Positions 37,224-46,721 are shown, counted from the first letter of the stretch. The stretch: DNA of 64,000 nucleotides from Candidatus Microgenomatus sp. (GCA_020724585.1 DYGS01000001.1:136096-200095); one strand, 5' to 3'. Program-made: numbers and translations. The notes: generated by a model not told the origin, from the letters alone.

Positions 37224-37541
37224 ATGGGAAATAAAATAGTAAAGATTAAAAAAGGTGATTTAGTAAAGGTGGTTTTGGGTAAAGATAAAGGCCGCGAGGG
37301 TAAGGTTGAAGCTGTGTATAAAAAGAAGAATGCGGTATTAGTTCCTACGCTAAATCTTTATAAAAGACATTTAAAAGGCGGCCAAGGACAAAAAAGCGGT
37401 ATCTATGAGGTGCCAAGGCCAATAAATGTTTCTAAAATTATGCTAATTTGCCCAAACTGCAAAAAAATAACGCGAGTTGGGTTTAAAATTGAAAAAAAAG
37501 AAAAGTTTAGAGTTTGTAGGAAATGCAATAAAAGAATATGA
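37224..37541 (+). CDS. rplX: 50S ribosomal protein L24
   Basis: KOW motif 'IKKGDLVKVVLGKDKGREGKV'. ATG 37224 is preferred over the track's 37176. Confidence 0.9.
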   Translation: MGNKIVKIKKGDLVKVVLGKDKGREGKVEAVYKKKNAVLVPTLNLYKRHLKGGQGQKSGIYEVPRPINVSKIMLICPNCKKITRVGFKIEKKEKFRVCRKCNKRI

Positions 37542-38086
37542 GTAGATTAAAAGAATATTACAACAGTAAAATAGTGCCAATTCTTATGGAAGAGTTTGGT
37601 ATAAAAAATAAGATGGGCGTGCCCAAACTTGTTAAAATCAATGTCAATGTTGGAATTGGTGACTTAACAAAAAATAAAGAGGGAAAGGAAAAATTGGAGC
37701 AGGATTTTAACAATATCTGCGGCCAAAAATTATCAGAAAGAAGAGCCAAGATTTCAGTTGCATCATTTTCAGTCAGGCAGGGGATGGTTGTTGGGCTGGG
37801 AGCAACATTAAGAAAGAACAGGATGTATGATTTTTTTGATAAATTTGTTAATATCGTTCTTCCAAGACTTAGAGATTTTAGAGGCGTTAAGGTTTCCGGT
37901 TTTGATAACTACGGAAACTACACGATTGGGCTAACGGATCATACCGTTTTTCCTGAAATTGATACATCAAAATCTGCTCCGGCGCATGGATTTGAGATTA
38001 CTTTTGTTACAAATGCTAAAGATCAGGAAAAAGGCAAAAGATTATTAGAATTATTAGGGATGCCCTTTAAGAAAAAAGATAAATGA
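37538..38086 (+). CDS. rplE: 50S ribosomal protein L5
   Basis: 'LKEYYNSKIVPILMEEFGIKNKMGVPKLVKINVNVG'. Confidence 0.97.
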   Translation: MSRLKEYYNSKIVPILMEEFGIKNKMGVPKLVKINVNVGIGDLTKNKEGKEKLEQDFNNICGQKLSERRAKISVASFSVRQGMVVGLGATLRKNRMYDFFDKFVNIVLPRLRDFRGVKVSGFDNYGNYTIGLTDHTVFPEIDTSKSAPAHGFEITFVTNAKDQEKGKRLLELLGMPFKKKDK

Positions 38087-38147
38087 TAAAAATGAAAATG
38101 ATAAACTATTTAGCATTTAGTTTTTTGAAATTTAGCATTTAACAATT
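38078..38147 (+). promoter_or_regulatory. conserved ~42-nt leader element GATAAATGATAAAAATGAAAATGATAAACTATTTAGCATTTAG plus a second TTTAGCATTT, ending at the rpsN ATG; near-identical copy before rpsM
   Basis: Direct comparison with 43522-43563 (~93% identity, two 1-nt indels). Confidence 0.45.
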
Positions 38148-38333
38148 ATGGCAAAAATATCAAAAATTGTAAGAGAAACAAAAAAACTAAAATATAAAGT
38201 GCGCTACCGCAACAGGTGCAGAATCTGCGGCAGGTCAAGGGGATATATCAGAAAATATGGGATCTGCAGATTATGTTTTAGAAGTCAGGCTTTGGCTGGA
38301 AATTTGCCTGGGGTTAGAAAGGCAAGCTGGTAA
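38148..38333 (+). CDS. rpsN: 30S ribosomal protein S14, Zn-ribbon type (type Z)
   Basis: 61 aa; '[22 protein letters not shown]'. Confidence 0.95.
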   Translation: MAKISKIVRETKKLKYKVRYRNRCRICGRSRGYIRKYGICRLCFRSQALAGNLPGVRKASW

Positions 38334-38334
38334 T

Positions 38335-38712
38335 ATGACAAACTATCATTTAGGTGATTTTCTAATCAGACTTAAAAATGCCGCAATGGCGAACTTGAAA
38401 GAGGTTTCGTTTCCAAAGACGAAACTTGTTTTGGCTGTTGCCCAAGTGTTGAAAAAGGAAAAATTTATAGATGAGATTAAAGTTTTGGAGAATAAAATAG
38501 TGGTAACATTAACATATTATTCAAAAAAACCAATTTTAACTGATGTGGCCATTGTCTCAAAACCTGGTCTCAGAATTTACATGAATGTAGATAAAATTGA
38601 AAAAATTAAAAGTCCGTATACTTTTATTTTCTCAACAAATAAAGGAGTGATGACCAAGGAAACTGCTGTTAAAGAAAGAATCGGAGGCGAGTTAATAGCA
38701 AAAGTTATTTAA
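38335..38712 (+). CDS. rpsH: 30S ribosomal protein S8
   Basis: 'DFLIRLKNAAMANLKEVSFPKTKL'. ATG 38335 is preferred over the track's 38257, which would overlap rpsN. Confidence 0.95.
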   Translation: MTNYHLGDFLIRLKNAAMANLKEVSFPKTKLVLAVAQVLKKEKFIDEIKVLENKIVVTLTYYSKKPILTDVAIVSKPGLRIYMNVDKIEKIKSPYTFIFSTNKGVMTKETAVKERIGGELIAKVI

Positions 38713-38717
38713 TTATT

Positions 38718-39260
38718 ATGAGTAAAATCGGAAAAAAACCAATTAAATTGCCAGGCGGGACAACAGTTGAGGTTAGTGGAAAAACTTTGAGTGCTAAAGG
38801 TACAAAAGGCGTTTTGGAAATCAAATTACCTGAAAATCTGAAAGTCAAAGTTGAGGATGGAAGCATTTTCGTGTCCGCCCAAAAAAATGACAGAGAGACA
38901 ATTTCAATGTGGGGAACGATCGCCAAAATTATATCTAACATGGTTAATGGAGTGAGTGAGGGGTGGCAGAAGCAATTAGAAATTATTGGTACCGGTTACA
39001 GAGCAGAAGTTCAGGGTAATACTTTAATTTTAACTGTTGGATATTCGCACCCTGTTAAAATTGAAGCACCTGAAAATATCAGTTTTTCTGTTGCCAAAAA
39101 TGTGATAACAGTTTTTGGCATAGACAGACAGGTAGTTGGCCAGATTGCGGCAGAGATTAGAAAAGTTAGGCCGCCCGAGCCGTATAAAGGCAAGGGTATA
39201 AAGTATATCGATGAGGTTATCCGAAGAAAGGCAGGTAAAGCGGCCAAAGCAGCTGCTTAA
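38718..39260 (+). CDS. rplF: 50S ribosomal protein L6
   Basis: 'MSKIGKKPIKLPGGTTVEV'. Confidence 0.97.
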   Translation: MSKIGKKPIKLPGGTTVEVSGKTLSAKGTKGVLEIKLPENLKVKVEDGSIFVSAQKNDRETISMWGTIAKIISNMVNGVSEGWQKQLEIIGTGYRAEVQGNTLILTVGYSHPVKIEAPENISFSVAKNVITVFGIDRQVVGQIAAEIRKVRPPEPYKGKGIKYIDEVIRRKAGKAAKAAA

Positions 39261-39268
39261 GTGAAAAT

Positions 39269-39619
39269 ATGAAAAAAGAATTGAATTTCAACAGAAGAAA
39301 GAATAGGACTAGAATAAAGATAAAAAGTTTGACCGACAAACCTAGGATTTGTGTCTACAAATCAAACAGGTTTATGTATGTACAGACAATTGACAGTGAC
39401 GGCAATGTGATTGGCGCCGTTTCTGATAAGAGTTTAGGAAAACTCGGCAAGCTAGGCAAGAACAATATAGATAGGATGAAAGAGCTTGGTAAGATGATAG
39501 CAGAAAAATTGTTGAAGAAAAAAGTAAAAGATGTTGTTTTTGACAGAAGCGGGTACAGATATCACGGTCGTGTGAAAGCTGTCGCCCAAGGAGCAAGGGA
39601 AGGAGGGCTAGTCTTTTAA
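39269..39619 (+). CDS. rplR: 50S ribosomal protein L18
   Basis: 'RKNRTRIKIKSLTDKPRICVYKSNRFMYVQ'. Confidence 0.95.
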   Translation: MKKELNFNRRKNRTRIKIKSLTDKPRICVYKSNRFMYVQTIDSDGNVIGAVSDKSLGKLGKLGKNNIDRMKELGKMIAEKLLKKKVKDVVFDRSGYRYHGRVKAVAQGAREGGLVF

Positions 39620-40113
39620 TGGATAAGAATTATTATAACCAACAAGAAAAAGAGTTTATTGATACAGTTGTTGAAATAAACAGAATTTCCAAAAAAACAA
39701 AGGGTGGAAATCAGATCAGATTTGCTGCAACGGTTGTTGTTGGTGATAAAAAAGGTAAAGTTGGAGTTGGCAATGCAAAGGCGACAGATGTCCGAAATGC
39801 TATTAGAAAATCAATCGAGGATGCTAAAAAGAATATGGTTAGCGTTTTAATAAAAGGAACGACCATCCCTTGCTCAGTTAACTATAAATTAGGAGCGTCT
39901 AGAATTATTCTAAAACCCGCTCCTCCTGGTTCAGGAATTATAGCAGGAGGACCCATGAGAATTGTTTTGGAAACAGCTGGTTTTAAAGATGTCGTTGGAA
40001 AGGTCTTGGGAAGCAACAATAAGATATTAAATGTTCGAGCAACTGTTGAAGCCTTGGAAAAAACAAGATTTTTATTTGAGAAAAAGAGCTTTCAAAAAGG
40101 GGGTAAAAGGTAA
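39619..40113 (+). CDS. rpsE: 30S ribosomal protein S5
   Basis: 'VVEINRISKKTKGGNQIRFAATVVVGDKKGKVGVGNAKA'. Confidence 0.97.
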   Translation: MDKNYYNQQEKEFIDTVVEINRISKKTKGGNQIRFAATVVVGDKKGKVGVGNAKATDVRNAIRKSIEDAKKNMVSVLIKGTTIPCSVNYKLGASRIILKPAPPGSGIIAGGPMRIVLETAGFKDVVGKVLGSNNKILNVRATVEALEKTRFLFEKKSFQKGGKR

Positions 40114-40115
40114 AT

Positions 40116-40478
40116 ATGGCAAAAAGAGTTGGCAGAGGTTACGGCAGCGGTAAAGGCGGACATACAACCGGCCGAGGTCAAAAAGGTCAAAAGGCCAGGG
40201 GCAGTGTTCATATCCTTTTTGAGGGTTTGAAGGTCAAAAAATCAACACTTAAGAAGTTACCTCTTTTGAGGGGAAAGGGCAAATTTGCTCCAAAACAAAA
40301 GCCTGTTATTGTTAATATCAATAAATTGAAGGATTTAAAACCGGGCGATGAAGTAACCCTAGAATTATTGGTCAGGAAGGGAATTATTTCAGCTAAATTG
40401 GCAAAATTAGGCATTAAAATTTTGGGAAAAAGCGAATTTAAGAAAGACTTAATTTTTAAAGTGCCTGTTTCAAAATAA
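40116..40478 (+). CDS. rplO: 50S ribosomal protein L15 (follows S5 directly; no L30 gene)
   Basis: 'GRGYGSGKGGHTTGRGQKGQKARG'. Confidence 0.95.
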   Translation: MAKRVGRGYGSGKGGHTTGRGQKGQKARGSVHILFEGLKVKKSTLKKLPLLRGKGKFAPKQKPVIVNINKLKDLKPGDEVTLELLVRKGIISAKLAKLGIKILGKSEFKKDLIFKVPVSK

Positions 40479-41758
40479 TGTTTGACAAAATTGCCCAGTT
40501 TTTTAAAAAAGTAATTACACATAGAGCTTTAAGAAGAAAAATCTTAATAGTTGCCCTGGTTTTGGTTGTTTTTAGAATAGCTTCTCACATACCTGCGGCA
40601 GGGGTTGATAGAGAAAGTTTATCAGCTCTGTTTTTAGGAAGCCCGTTACTGTCGCTTCTTGATATCTTTTCAGGTGGAACTCTGGCCAATTTTTCAATTA
40701 TGGCGCTGGGGCTAAACCCTTATATAAATGCTTCAATTATAATGCAGATTTTAAGCTATGTTATTCCTTCGCTTGAAGAACTGCAAAAAGAAGGTGAGTA
40801 CGGACAGGAAAAAATAAATATGTACACAAGATATTTGACCGTCCCTCTGGCTGTTATGCAGAGCTTCGGAATGTACGCCTTATTAAAATCCCAATCAATA
40901 ATTTCCAATTTACAGTTTTTTGATTTGATGCTTTTGTGTTTAACAATGACAGCGGGTACGATGTTTGCTGTTTGGCTTGGAGACTTAATTACCGAATATG
41001 CATTTAAAAATGGCGTATCTTTCTTAATTTTTATAGGTATCGTTTCAAGATTGCCTGTTGTTATTGGTCAAACTTATTCAACATTTGATGCGCAAGATAT
41101 ATTTAAATATTTAATTTTTGCAATTTTGGCAATTGTTATTATGGGAACAATTATATTTTTTAATGAGGCAATTAGAAAAATACCAATAAGTTATGCCAAA
41201 CAAACAAGCGGTTTAAGACAAAATCAATCATACCTGCCCTTAAGACTGAATCAGGCAGGGGTGATCCCTATAATTTTTGCAGTATCTTTGGTTTTAATGC
41301 CCTCAATGATTGTTCAGTTTTTAGGTTCATCCGGCAATGAGGCAATAACAAATTTAGCCTTAAATATTCAAAAATATCTTGATCCTAATTCATTTTTCTA
41401 TAATTTAATTTATTTCTTACTCGTTTTAGGATTTACATATTTTTACACATCTGTTGTTTTTAATCCGGAAAAAATATCTGAGAATTTGCAGAAATCGGGC
41501 GGATTTATTCCTGGAATCAGGCCTGGGCAATCAACCATTAAATATTTAAGCTTTGTGTTAAATAGAATTACGCTGGTTGGGGCAAGTTTTCTGGGAGCAG
41601 TAGCCGTTCTTCCATCGATTTTCCAAAACACAATTGGAATTGCCAACTTAGCAATTGGCGGGACGGGGCTTCTAATTGCAATATCTGTGGTTTTGGAGAT
41701 TATTAGGGAAATTGAGGGAGAGATGGTTATGACAAAATACGAGATTTATACAAGATGA
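40478..41758 (+). CDS. secY: preprotein translocase subunit SecY
   Basis: 10-TM protein; 'ALGLNPYINASIIMQIL'; placed after rplO. Confidence 0.97.
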   Translation: MFDKIAQFFKKVITHRALRRKILIVALVLVVFRIASHIPAAGVDRESLSALFLGSPLLSLLDIFSGGTLANFSIMALGLNPYINASIIMQILSYVIPSLEELQKEGEYGQEKINMYTRYLTVPLAVMQSFGMYALLKSQSIISNLQFFDLMLLCLTMTAGTMFAVWLGDLITEYAFKNGVSFLIFIGIVSRLPVVIGQTYSTFDAQDIFKYLIFAILAIVIMGTIIFFNEAIRKIPISYAKQTSGLRQNQSYLPLRLNQAGVIPIIFAVSLVLMPSMIVQFLGSSGNEAITNLALNIQKYLDPNSFFYNLIYFLLVLGFTYFYTSVVFNPEKISENLQKSGGFIPGIRPGQSTIKYLSFVLNRITLVGASFLGAVAVLPSIFQNTIGIANLAIGGTGLLIAISVVLEIIREIEGEMVMTKYEIYTR

Positions 41759-42384
41759 ACATAATATTTTTTGGGCCTCAAGGTTCGGGCAAAGGAACAC
41801 AAGCAAGACTTTTATCAGAAAAATACGGATTTTTCTATTTTGAATCAGGAGCTTATTTGAGGCGCTTAGCCTTGGAACACCCTGATATTAAAGCAATTAT
41901 GGACTCGGGTAAACTTGTTCCCGATCAAGAGTTTACATCGTATTTGACAGCTTATTTAGATGAACAAAATTTATACGATGGAATTATTTTTGATGGTTTT
42001 CCGAGGACAGTTGAACAATATTTGTTTTTAAAAAAATGGCTATCGCAAAAAAAAGTATCAATTGATCTTGCTATTGTTCTTGAAATAAGTGAACGCGAGA
42101 CGATAAAAAGACTTAGCGCCCGAAGGCTTGATCCAGAAACTGGCAGGATTTATAACTTAATAACCGATCCTCCGCCAAATGATATAACGACAAGGCTCAT
42201 CCAAAGAGATGATGACAAGCCGAGCGCTATATCAAGGCGGCTTGCAATTTATAATGTTAAAACAAAAGAGCTGATTGAGTATTTTAAGAAAAATACTAAA
42301 GTTATAAGGATTAATGGTGAGAGGCCAATTGAAGAAATACATAAAGATATAATAAATGTTGTTGAAAGTCTTCGGCCAAAATGA
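41755..42384 (+). CDS. adk: adenylate kinase
   Basis: 'IIFFGPQGSGKGTQA', 'FDGFPRTVEQ'. Confidence 0.95.
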   Translation: MNIIFFGPQGSGKGTQARLLSEKYGFFYFESGAYLRRLALEHPDIKAIMDSGKLVPDQEFTSYLTAYLDEQNLYDGIIFDGFPRTVEQYLFLKKWLSQKKVSIDLAIVLEISERETIKRLSARRLDPETGRIYNLITDPPPNDITTRLIQRDDDKPSAISRRLAIYNVKTKELIEYFKKNTKVIRINGERPIEEIHKDIINVVESLRPK

Positions 42385-43136
42385 ACAAATTAACTATAAA
42401 AACCCCAGAGGAACTAAAAATTATGCAAGAGTGTGGGAAAATTTTATCGGATATTAAAAAAACGCTTGTTAATCATATAAAAATTGGGGTGTCGGCTTTT
42501 GATATAGATAAACTGGCTGAAAACTTAATTGAAAAAGCAGGTGCTAAACCTTCTTTTAAAATGGTAAAAGATTATAAATGGTCAACTTGTATAAGTGTAA
42601 ACGAAGGTGTTGTTCACGGCATTCCACATAAACACATAATTTTTAAACGAGGTGATTTAGTTAGTCTTGATTTGGGAATTTTTTACAAAGGGTTTCATAC
42701 AGACACCTCAACAACTCTTTGCTTAGGGAAGGATGCAATAAAGGATAGATTTTTAAATATTGGTAGAGAAGCTTTTTCCCATGCAGTTTATTCTATTAAA
42801 CCAAATAACTCCTATATTTATGATATCTCTAACGCAATGGAAAGCGTTTTGATTAAAAATGGCTATTCGCCAATAAAGGATCTAACGGGACATGGCATAG
42901 GCAAAAACTTACATGAAGACCCTTATATTCCATGTTTTGCTTCCGGTAGAAGAGAGGATACAGCAAAAATAATTACCGGCATGGCTCTTGCAATTGAAGT
43001 AATGTATGTTGAAGGTAATTCAAAGTTGATGGTTGAAAATGATGGGTGGACAATTAAGACTCGAGATGGTAAAATGGCAGGGCTTTTTGAAGATACTGTA
43101 ATAGTTACCCAAAAAGGTTATAAAGTAATCACTTAA
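42381..43136 (+). CDS. map: methionine aminopeptidase type I
   Basis: 'VVHGIPHKHIIFKRGDLVSLDLG', 'HGIGKNLHEDP'. Confidence 0.95.
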   Translation: MNKLTIKTPEELKIMQECGKILSDIKKTLVNHIKIGVSAFDIDKLAENLIEKAGAKPSFKMVKDYKWSTCISVNEGVVHGIPHKHIIFKRGDLVSLDLGIFYKGFHTDTSTTLCLGKDAIKDRFLNIGREAFSHAVYSIKPNNSYIYDISNAMESVLIKNGYSPIKDLTGHGIGKNLHEDPYIPCFASGRREDTAKIITGMALAIEVMYVEGNSKLMVENDGWTIKTRDGKMAGLFEDTVIVTQKGYKVIT

Positions 43137-43173
43137 AAGGTTTTTAAGTGATTAATTTTTGATTTTTTTAAAA

Positions 43174-43392
43174 ATGAACAGAGATAAAGAAAATTACGAA
43201 GTTGAAGGTGAGGTTTTAGAGTTGCTGCCAAATACAATGTTTAGGGTTTTATTAAAAGACGGTAGGAAAGCTTTGGCCGTTTTAAAAGGAAGCCTTAGAA
43301 AGAGTTACATTAGGATTTTTCCAGGAGACAGGGTAAAAGTTGAAATGACGCCTTATGACTTGGAAAGAGGAAGAATCGTATATAAATTTTAA
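43174..43392 (+). CDS. infA: translation initiation factor IF-1
   Basis: '[62 protein letters not shown]'. ATG 43174 is preferred; the track start 43159 is a TTG. Confidence 0.95.
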   Translation: MNRDKENYEVEGEVLELLPNTMFRVLLKDGRKALAVLKGSLRKSYIRIFPGDRVKVEMTPYDLERGRIVYKF

Positions 43393-43397
43393 AGATC

Positions 43398-43511
43398 ATG
43401 AAAGTTTTAGCGTCTGTTAAAAAAAGATGTAGGGATTGTAAACTTATTAAGCGAGCCGGGGTTTTGCGTGTGGTTTGTAAAAATCCAAGGCACAAACAAC
43501 GCCAGGGCTAA
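43398..43511 (+). CDS. rpmJ: 50S ribosomal protein L36 (37 aa; missing from the ORF track because of its size)
   Basis: Translated by hand: [37 protein letters not shown]. This is the L36 Zn-ribbon pattern C-x2-C...C...H. Confidence 0.85.
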   Translation: MKVLASVKKRCRDCKLIKRAGVLRVVCKNPRHKQRQG

Positions 43512-43521
43512 AGTCTGATAA

Positions 43522-43569
43522 GATAAATGATTAAAAAGAAAATGATAAATTATTTAGCATTTAATATAT
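43522..43569 (+). promoter_or_regulatory. second copy of the conserved leader element (GATAAATGATTAAAAAGAAAATGATAAATTATTTAGCATTTAAT) ending at the rpsM ATG
   Basis: Aligned by eye to 38078-38119. Confidence 0.45.
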
Positions 43570-43977
43570 ATGGCAAGATTAGCTGGAATTGAGTTAAATG
43601 ATAATTGGAGAGTTGATTATGCTTTAACAAAAATAAAAGGCATTGGTTGGTCGTTATCCAAAAAGGTTTTGGACAGTTTAAAAATTGCCCATTCTACAAG
43701 AATTAAGGATGTTTCAGTTGAGAATTTGAACAAAATTGGTTCCGAGATAGAAAAATATCCAATAGAGGGAGAACTTTTAAGAAAAGTCAGAGCAAATATT
43801 GCTCGACTCCAGGCAATTATTTCTTATAGAGGCTTAAGACATGCAAAAGGATTACCTGTTAGAGGCCAAAGAACTAAAACAAACGCCAGAACCAAAAGAG
43901 GAAAGAGAAAGACTGTTGGTGCATTTAAGAAAGAAGTTTTGGCTAAGCAAAAAACGGCCGAAAACGCGAAAAAATAA
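43570..43977 (+). CDS. rpsM: 30S ribosomal protein S13
   Basis: 'MARLAGIELNDNWRVDYALTKIKGIG'. Confidence 0.97.
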   Translation: MARLAGIELNDNWRVDYALTKIKGIGWSLSKKVLDSLKIAHSTRIKDVSVENLNKIGSEIEKYPIEGELLRKVRANIARLQAIISYRGLRHAKGLPVRGQRTKTNARTKRGKRKTVGAFKKEVLAKQKTAENAKK

Positions 43978-43980
43978 AAT

Positions 43981-44331
43981 ATGGCAAATAAATTAGGTAA
44001 AGTATATATATCAGCATCATTTAATAATACTTTGGTTACAATAACCAATGAAAAAGGGGAGACAATTACCTGGTCTTCCTCTGGAAATGTTGGCTTTAAA
44101 GGTACTCGAAAATCAACTCCATTTGCGGCTACTTCGGCTTTAGAAAAAGCTGTAACTAAAGCTAAAGAAAAAGGTGTCGAGGAAGTCGAGATTTATGTTA
44201 AAGGACCCGGTCCTGGCAGAGATGCCGCATTAAGAGCGATTAGAGCATCAGGAGTTAAAATATCGTCGATTGCGGATGTTACGCCAATTCCGCATAATGG
44301 TCCAAGGCCGAAAAAGCACAGGCGGGCATAG
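43981..44331 (+). CDS. rpsK: 30S ribosomal protein S11
   Basis: 'GKVYISASFNNTLVTITNEKGETITWSSSG'. Confidence 0.97.
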   Translation: MANKLGKVYISASFNNTLVTITNEKGETITWSSSGNVGFKGTRKSTPFAATSALEKAVTKAKEKGVEEVEIYVKGPGPGRDAALRAIRASGVKISSIADVTPIPHNGPRPKKHRRA

Positions 44332-44353
44332 AAACTATTAGTATTTAATTATT

Positions 44354-44956
44354 ATGGCAAGATATACAGGTCCAAAAGATAAATTATCAAGAAGGGAAGG
44401 GGTTGACCTCTTTGGGAAAGGGGCCAAACTGACGAGGTTGAATATTCCGCCTGGTGTTCATGGACCAAAAGGACTGACAAAATCGCAATCGCAGTTTGGA
44501 AGACAGCTTAGGGAGAAACAAAAGGTCAAAAGAATGTACGGATTGATGGAAAAACAGTTTAAAAAATATGTGGAAAAAGCACTTAAATCAAAGGGTAATA
44601 CGGGAGAGGCTCTTTTGGTTGAACTTGAGAGAAGGCTTGATAATGTTGTCTATAGATTAGGGTTTGCCAATACCAGGGCAATGGCCAGGCAGTTGGTTTC
44701 CCACAGACATATTGAGGTGAATGGAAAAAGAGTAAATATAGCTTCGTATCAAGCAAAAATTGGTGATTTAGTTTCACTTGTCGCAAAAGCTGTAAATAAT
44801 GTGAACATAAAAAAAGTTTTGGATAATGAGGATCATACTCTACCACCTTGGCTTGAAAGAAAAGCGACGGTTGGTAAAATACTACGGCTTCCTGTTAGAG
44901 AAGATATCAAAGAAGATGTGTCGGAATCTGATATAGTTGAATTTTACTCACGATAA
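44354..44956 (+). CDS. rpsD: 30S ribosomal protein S4
   Basis: 'MARYTGPKDKLSRREGVDLF', S4 domain 'RLDNVVYRLGFANTRAMARQLVSHRHIEVNGKRVN'. Confidence 0.97.
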   Translation: MARYTGPKDKLSRREGVDLFGKGAKLTRLNIPPGVHGPKGLTKSQSQFGRQLREKQKVKRMYGLMEKQFKKYVEKALKSKGNTGEALLVELERRLDNVVYRLGFANTRAMARQLVSHRHIEVNGKRVNIASYQAKIGDLVSLVAKAVNNVNIKKVLDNEDHTLPPWLERKATVGKILRLPVREDIKEDVSESDIVEFYSR

Positions 44957-45031
44957 CCTTGATTCTTATTCCCGTTGATTTGAATCAAGGATGATGGTAA
45001 AATTCGAGAACTTGAGATGAGGTGATATTTT

Positions 45032-45940
45032 ATGTCGCAAAAATTATTTGAAATTATTGAAGAAGAAAACAAGAATAATTATTCAAAGGTTGTAATTACT
45101 CCGTTGGAGCAGGGGTATGGTTACACATTGGGAAATTCTTTAAGGAGAGTACTTCTATCATCCTTAAAAGGAGCAGCAATTACCTCTGTTAAGATAGCGG
45201 GTGTTAATCATCAATTCTCTTCCCTTTTGGGAATGAAGGAAGATATTGTTGAATTCTGCCTTAATCTTAAAAAGGTTAGGTTATCCTATGACGGAGACAA
45301 GCCAACAACTGCAGCTCTTAAAGTATCAACTGTTGGAGAAGTAAAGGCAGGCGATATTAAAGTACCAACGGGTGTTAAGATTGCGAATCCCGGCCTGGTT
45401 CTGGCAGTTTTAAATAAAGGGGCAAAACTTGACGCGGTTTTAACTATCGAATCAGGAGTGGGTTATGTTCAAGCTGATACCAAAAATGTTTCGGAAATTG
45501 GTCTAATTCCATTAGACGCGGCATTTTCGCCTGTAGTTAGAGTCAATTATAAAGTTGAGGAGACTCGTGTTGGTAGACTTACGAATTATGACAAATTGAC
45601 TCTTGATATAGTAACTGACGGTACTATTGATGGGAAATCCGCAGTACAGCAGGCTGCCTCAATACTTGTTGATTATTTCAGTCAGATAGTAAATCCCAAA
45701 AAAGTTGAAAAAAAGAAAGAGGATCACGCGGTAAATGATCTGGGAGCAGTAGGAAAGCTTTCAGTTGAAGAAATTGGTCTTCCCACAAGGGTTGCAAATG
45801 CCTTAGTTAAGGCGGGATATGAAACTGTTGAAGCATTAGTTAAAGCAGATAAAAACGAACTTGTAAAAGTCAGGAATTTGGGCGAAAAATCTTTAAAAAT
45901 TATATCTGCTGCACTTGGGGAAAAAGGAGTTGCCTTTTAA
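45032..45940 (+). CDS. rpoA: DNA-directed RNA polymerase subunit alpha
   Basis: 'PLEQGYGYTLGNSLRRVLLSSL'; C-terminal HhH domain 'VEEIGLPTRVANALVKAGYETVEAL'. Confidence 0.97.
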   Translation: MSQKLFEIIEEENKNNYSKVVITPLEQGYGYTLGNSLRRVLLSSLKGAAITSVKIAGVNHQFSSLLGMKEDIVEFCLNLKKVRLSYDGDKPTTAALKVSTVGEVKAGDIKVPTGVKIANPGLVLAVLNKGAKLDAVLTIESGVGYVQADTKNVSEIGLIPLDAAFSPVVRVNYKVEETRVGRLTNYDKLTLDIVTDGTIDGKSAVQQAASILVDYFSQIVNPKKVEKKKEDHAVNDLGAVGKLSVEEIGLPTRVANALVKAGYETVEALVKADKNELVKVRNLGEKSLKIISAALGEKGVAF

Positions 45941-45943
45941 TTA

Positions 45944-46339
45944 ATGAAAAAATTGGTTTTTGGTAAAAAACTCTCAAGAGGGAGGTCTTCACGCGAGATG
46001 CTTTTTGTATCTTTAGTAGAGGGCCTTATTGGGAATGGCAAAATAGTAACAACTAAAGCTAAGGCTAAAGCTGTTGCAGGTTTTGCTGATAAGTTAGTGA
46101 CGCTTGCCAAAAAAGGAACGCTTTCATCAAAAAGACTAATACTAAAAAAGCTTAAAAACAGTAAGCTCTCCAGTAAATTGTGGCAGGATATTGCTAAATT
46201 GTTTGAAGATAGAAATGGCGGTTATACAAGGATTGTTCCTTTGGTTTCGAGGAAAGGAGACTTGGCAAAAATGGTCAGGCTTGAATGGACAAGCAAAAAG
46301 AAAGATGAAAACTTATCAACCAAAACAAAAAGAAATTAA
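45944..46339 (+). CDS. rplQ: 50S ribosomal protein L17
   Basis: 'GGYTRIVPLVSRKGDLAKMVRLE'. Confidence 0.95.
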   Translation: MKKLVFGKKLSRGRSSREMLFVSLVEGLIGNGKIVTTKAKAKAVAGFADKLVTLAKKGTLSSKRLILKKLKNSKLSSKLWQDIAKLFEDRNGGYTRIVPLVSRKGDLAKMVRLEWTSKKKDENLSTKTKRN

Positions 46340-46721
46340 AAGAGAGTGGCACTTGATTGATGCAAAAGACCAGATTTTAGGGAGACTTGCAACAAAAGCG
46401 GCGAATCTTTTGATGGGAAAACATAAAAATAACTATTCATCTCATATGGATTCTGGCGATTTCGTTGTTGTTATTAATGCAGAAAAAATTACCTTGACGG
46501 GTAAAAAAGCAGAATCAAAAGTTTATCGAAGCCACTCTGGATATCCTGGTGGTTTTAAAGAGGTAAGTTTCTCTAAAATGCTAAAGGAACATCCTAATAG
46601 AATTGTTGAATATGCTGTCTATGGGATGCTGCCGGATAATAGACTAAGAGATCAAAGAATAGCTAGGCTATTTGTAACCAGGGGTGAGAAACACAAATAT
46701 GAAAACAAATTCAATCGGTAG
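46305..46721 (+). CDS. rplM: 50S ribosomal protein L13
   Basis: 'MKTYQPKQKEIKREWHLIDAKDQILGRLATKAANLLMGKHK'. ATG 46305 gives a 35-nt overlap with the rplQ 3' end. Confidence 0.95.
   Translation: MKTYQPKQKEIKREWHLIDAKDQILGRLATKAANLLMGKHKNNYSSHMDSGDFVVVINAEKITLTGKKAESKVYRSHSGYPGGFKEVSFSKMLKEHPNRIVEYAVYGMLPDNRLRDQRIARLFVTRGEKHKYENKFNR

Noticed and set aside
46191-46304. Upstream extension of the rplM ORF (46191) and of rpsH (38257), rplX (37176), rpsI (46684) and rplC (32278)
   Set aside because: The extensions overlap the preceding ribosomal gene in another frame. Conserved N-termini (MKTYQPK, MTNYHLGDF, MGNKIVKIKKGD, MKTNSIGRRK, MDTLFGIKGRM) define the real starts.
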